A stretch of 64,000 bases of DNA, from assembly GCA_950097015.1 (NCBI GenBank), contig CATNEN010000035.1:1364001-1428000 (forward strand), read 5' to 3'. Below are positions 63,663 through 64,000 of this stretch, in pieces (positions within the stretch are counted from its first letter, which is position 1; each line of letters begins with the position of its first letter). The DNA comes from Macrostomum hystrix. Taxonomy: Eukaryota; Animalia; Platyhelminthes. The position numbers and the translations under genes are program-made. Below the pieces are notes generated by a model, which worked only from the letters and a program-made list of their open reading frames with translations, had not been told where the DNA came from and made no database searches.

Positions 63663-64000
63663 TTAATGCCTTACTAGGTTGACAAAATATGTCAGACTAA
63701 AGAGTAATAATTTGACTATACTAGCACTAAAGATCTATGAATTGCAAATTAATACTGTTAATGATAGTTCTATAAGCCTCTGTATTAATAATAAAATTAT
63801 TCACGCTTTTGCTTATTATTAGAGAAATACTGGACTTTCATGATCACAACTTACTATTTGCTTTTGCTACATCAAACTGCATTGAAAAAAAACTTATATG
63901 CACATTAAAAAGCTGTGCAATCTTAAAAGATTTTAGCAAAAAGCTATTCATCAATATAAATAAACTGGTCACCTCTTGCTGATTCTGACAAGTTTTATAA

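Overview
Eukaryotic (metazoan) genomic DNA. GC-rich exons sit in introns and intergenic DNA packed with about 30 distinct micro- and minisatellite arrays. This style suggests a free-living flatworm such as Macrostomum, which is inference only. Four protein-coding genes can be assembled with phase-consistent GT-AG exons: (1) a 3-exon rhodopsin-class neuropeptide GPCR of the neuromedin-U/PRXamide-receptor type (minus, 12858-16012); (2) a 13-exon EGF/EB-like + ZP-domain transmembrane protein (plus, 29529-50629, ~878 aa); (3) a 4-exon histidyl-tRNA synthetase (minus, 55317-61709); (4) RPL38 (minus, 63414-63626). Nearly all long ORFs in the supplied track are artefacts of tandem repeats. The standout finding is a dispersed minus-strand element present in two near-identical copies (6751-6939 and 35863-36051). 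It carries a complete type I hammerhead ribozyme between a tRNA-type Pol III A-box and B-box, where the anticodon arm would lie, followed by an oligo-T terminator. Copy 1 lies in a partial head-to-tail repeat with a 328-bp period, which is retrozyme-like. A second, unrelated tRNA-derived SINE occurs in four copies. Many of the minisatellites share short core motifs (TCTAC, TGAGGAT, TGGGAT), and several resemble amplified splice-signal sequence.
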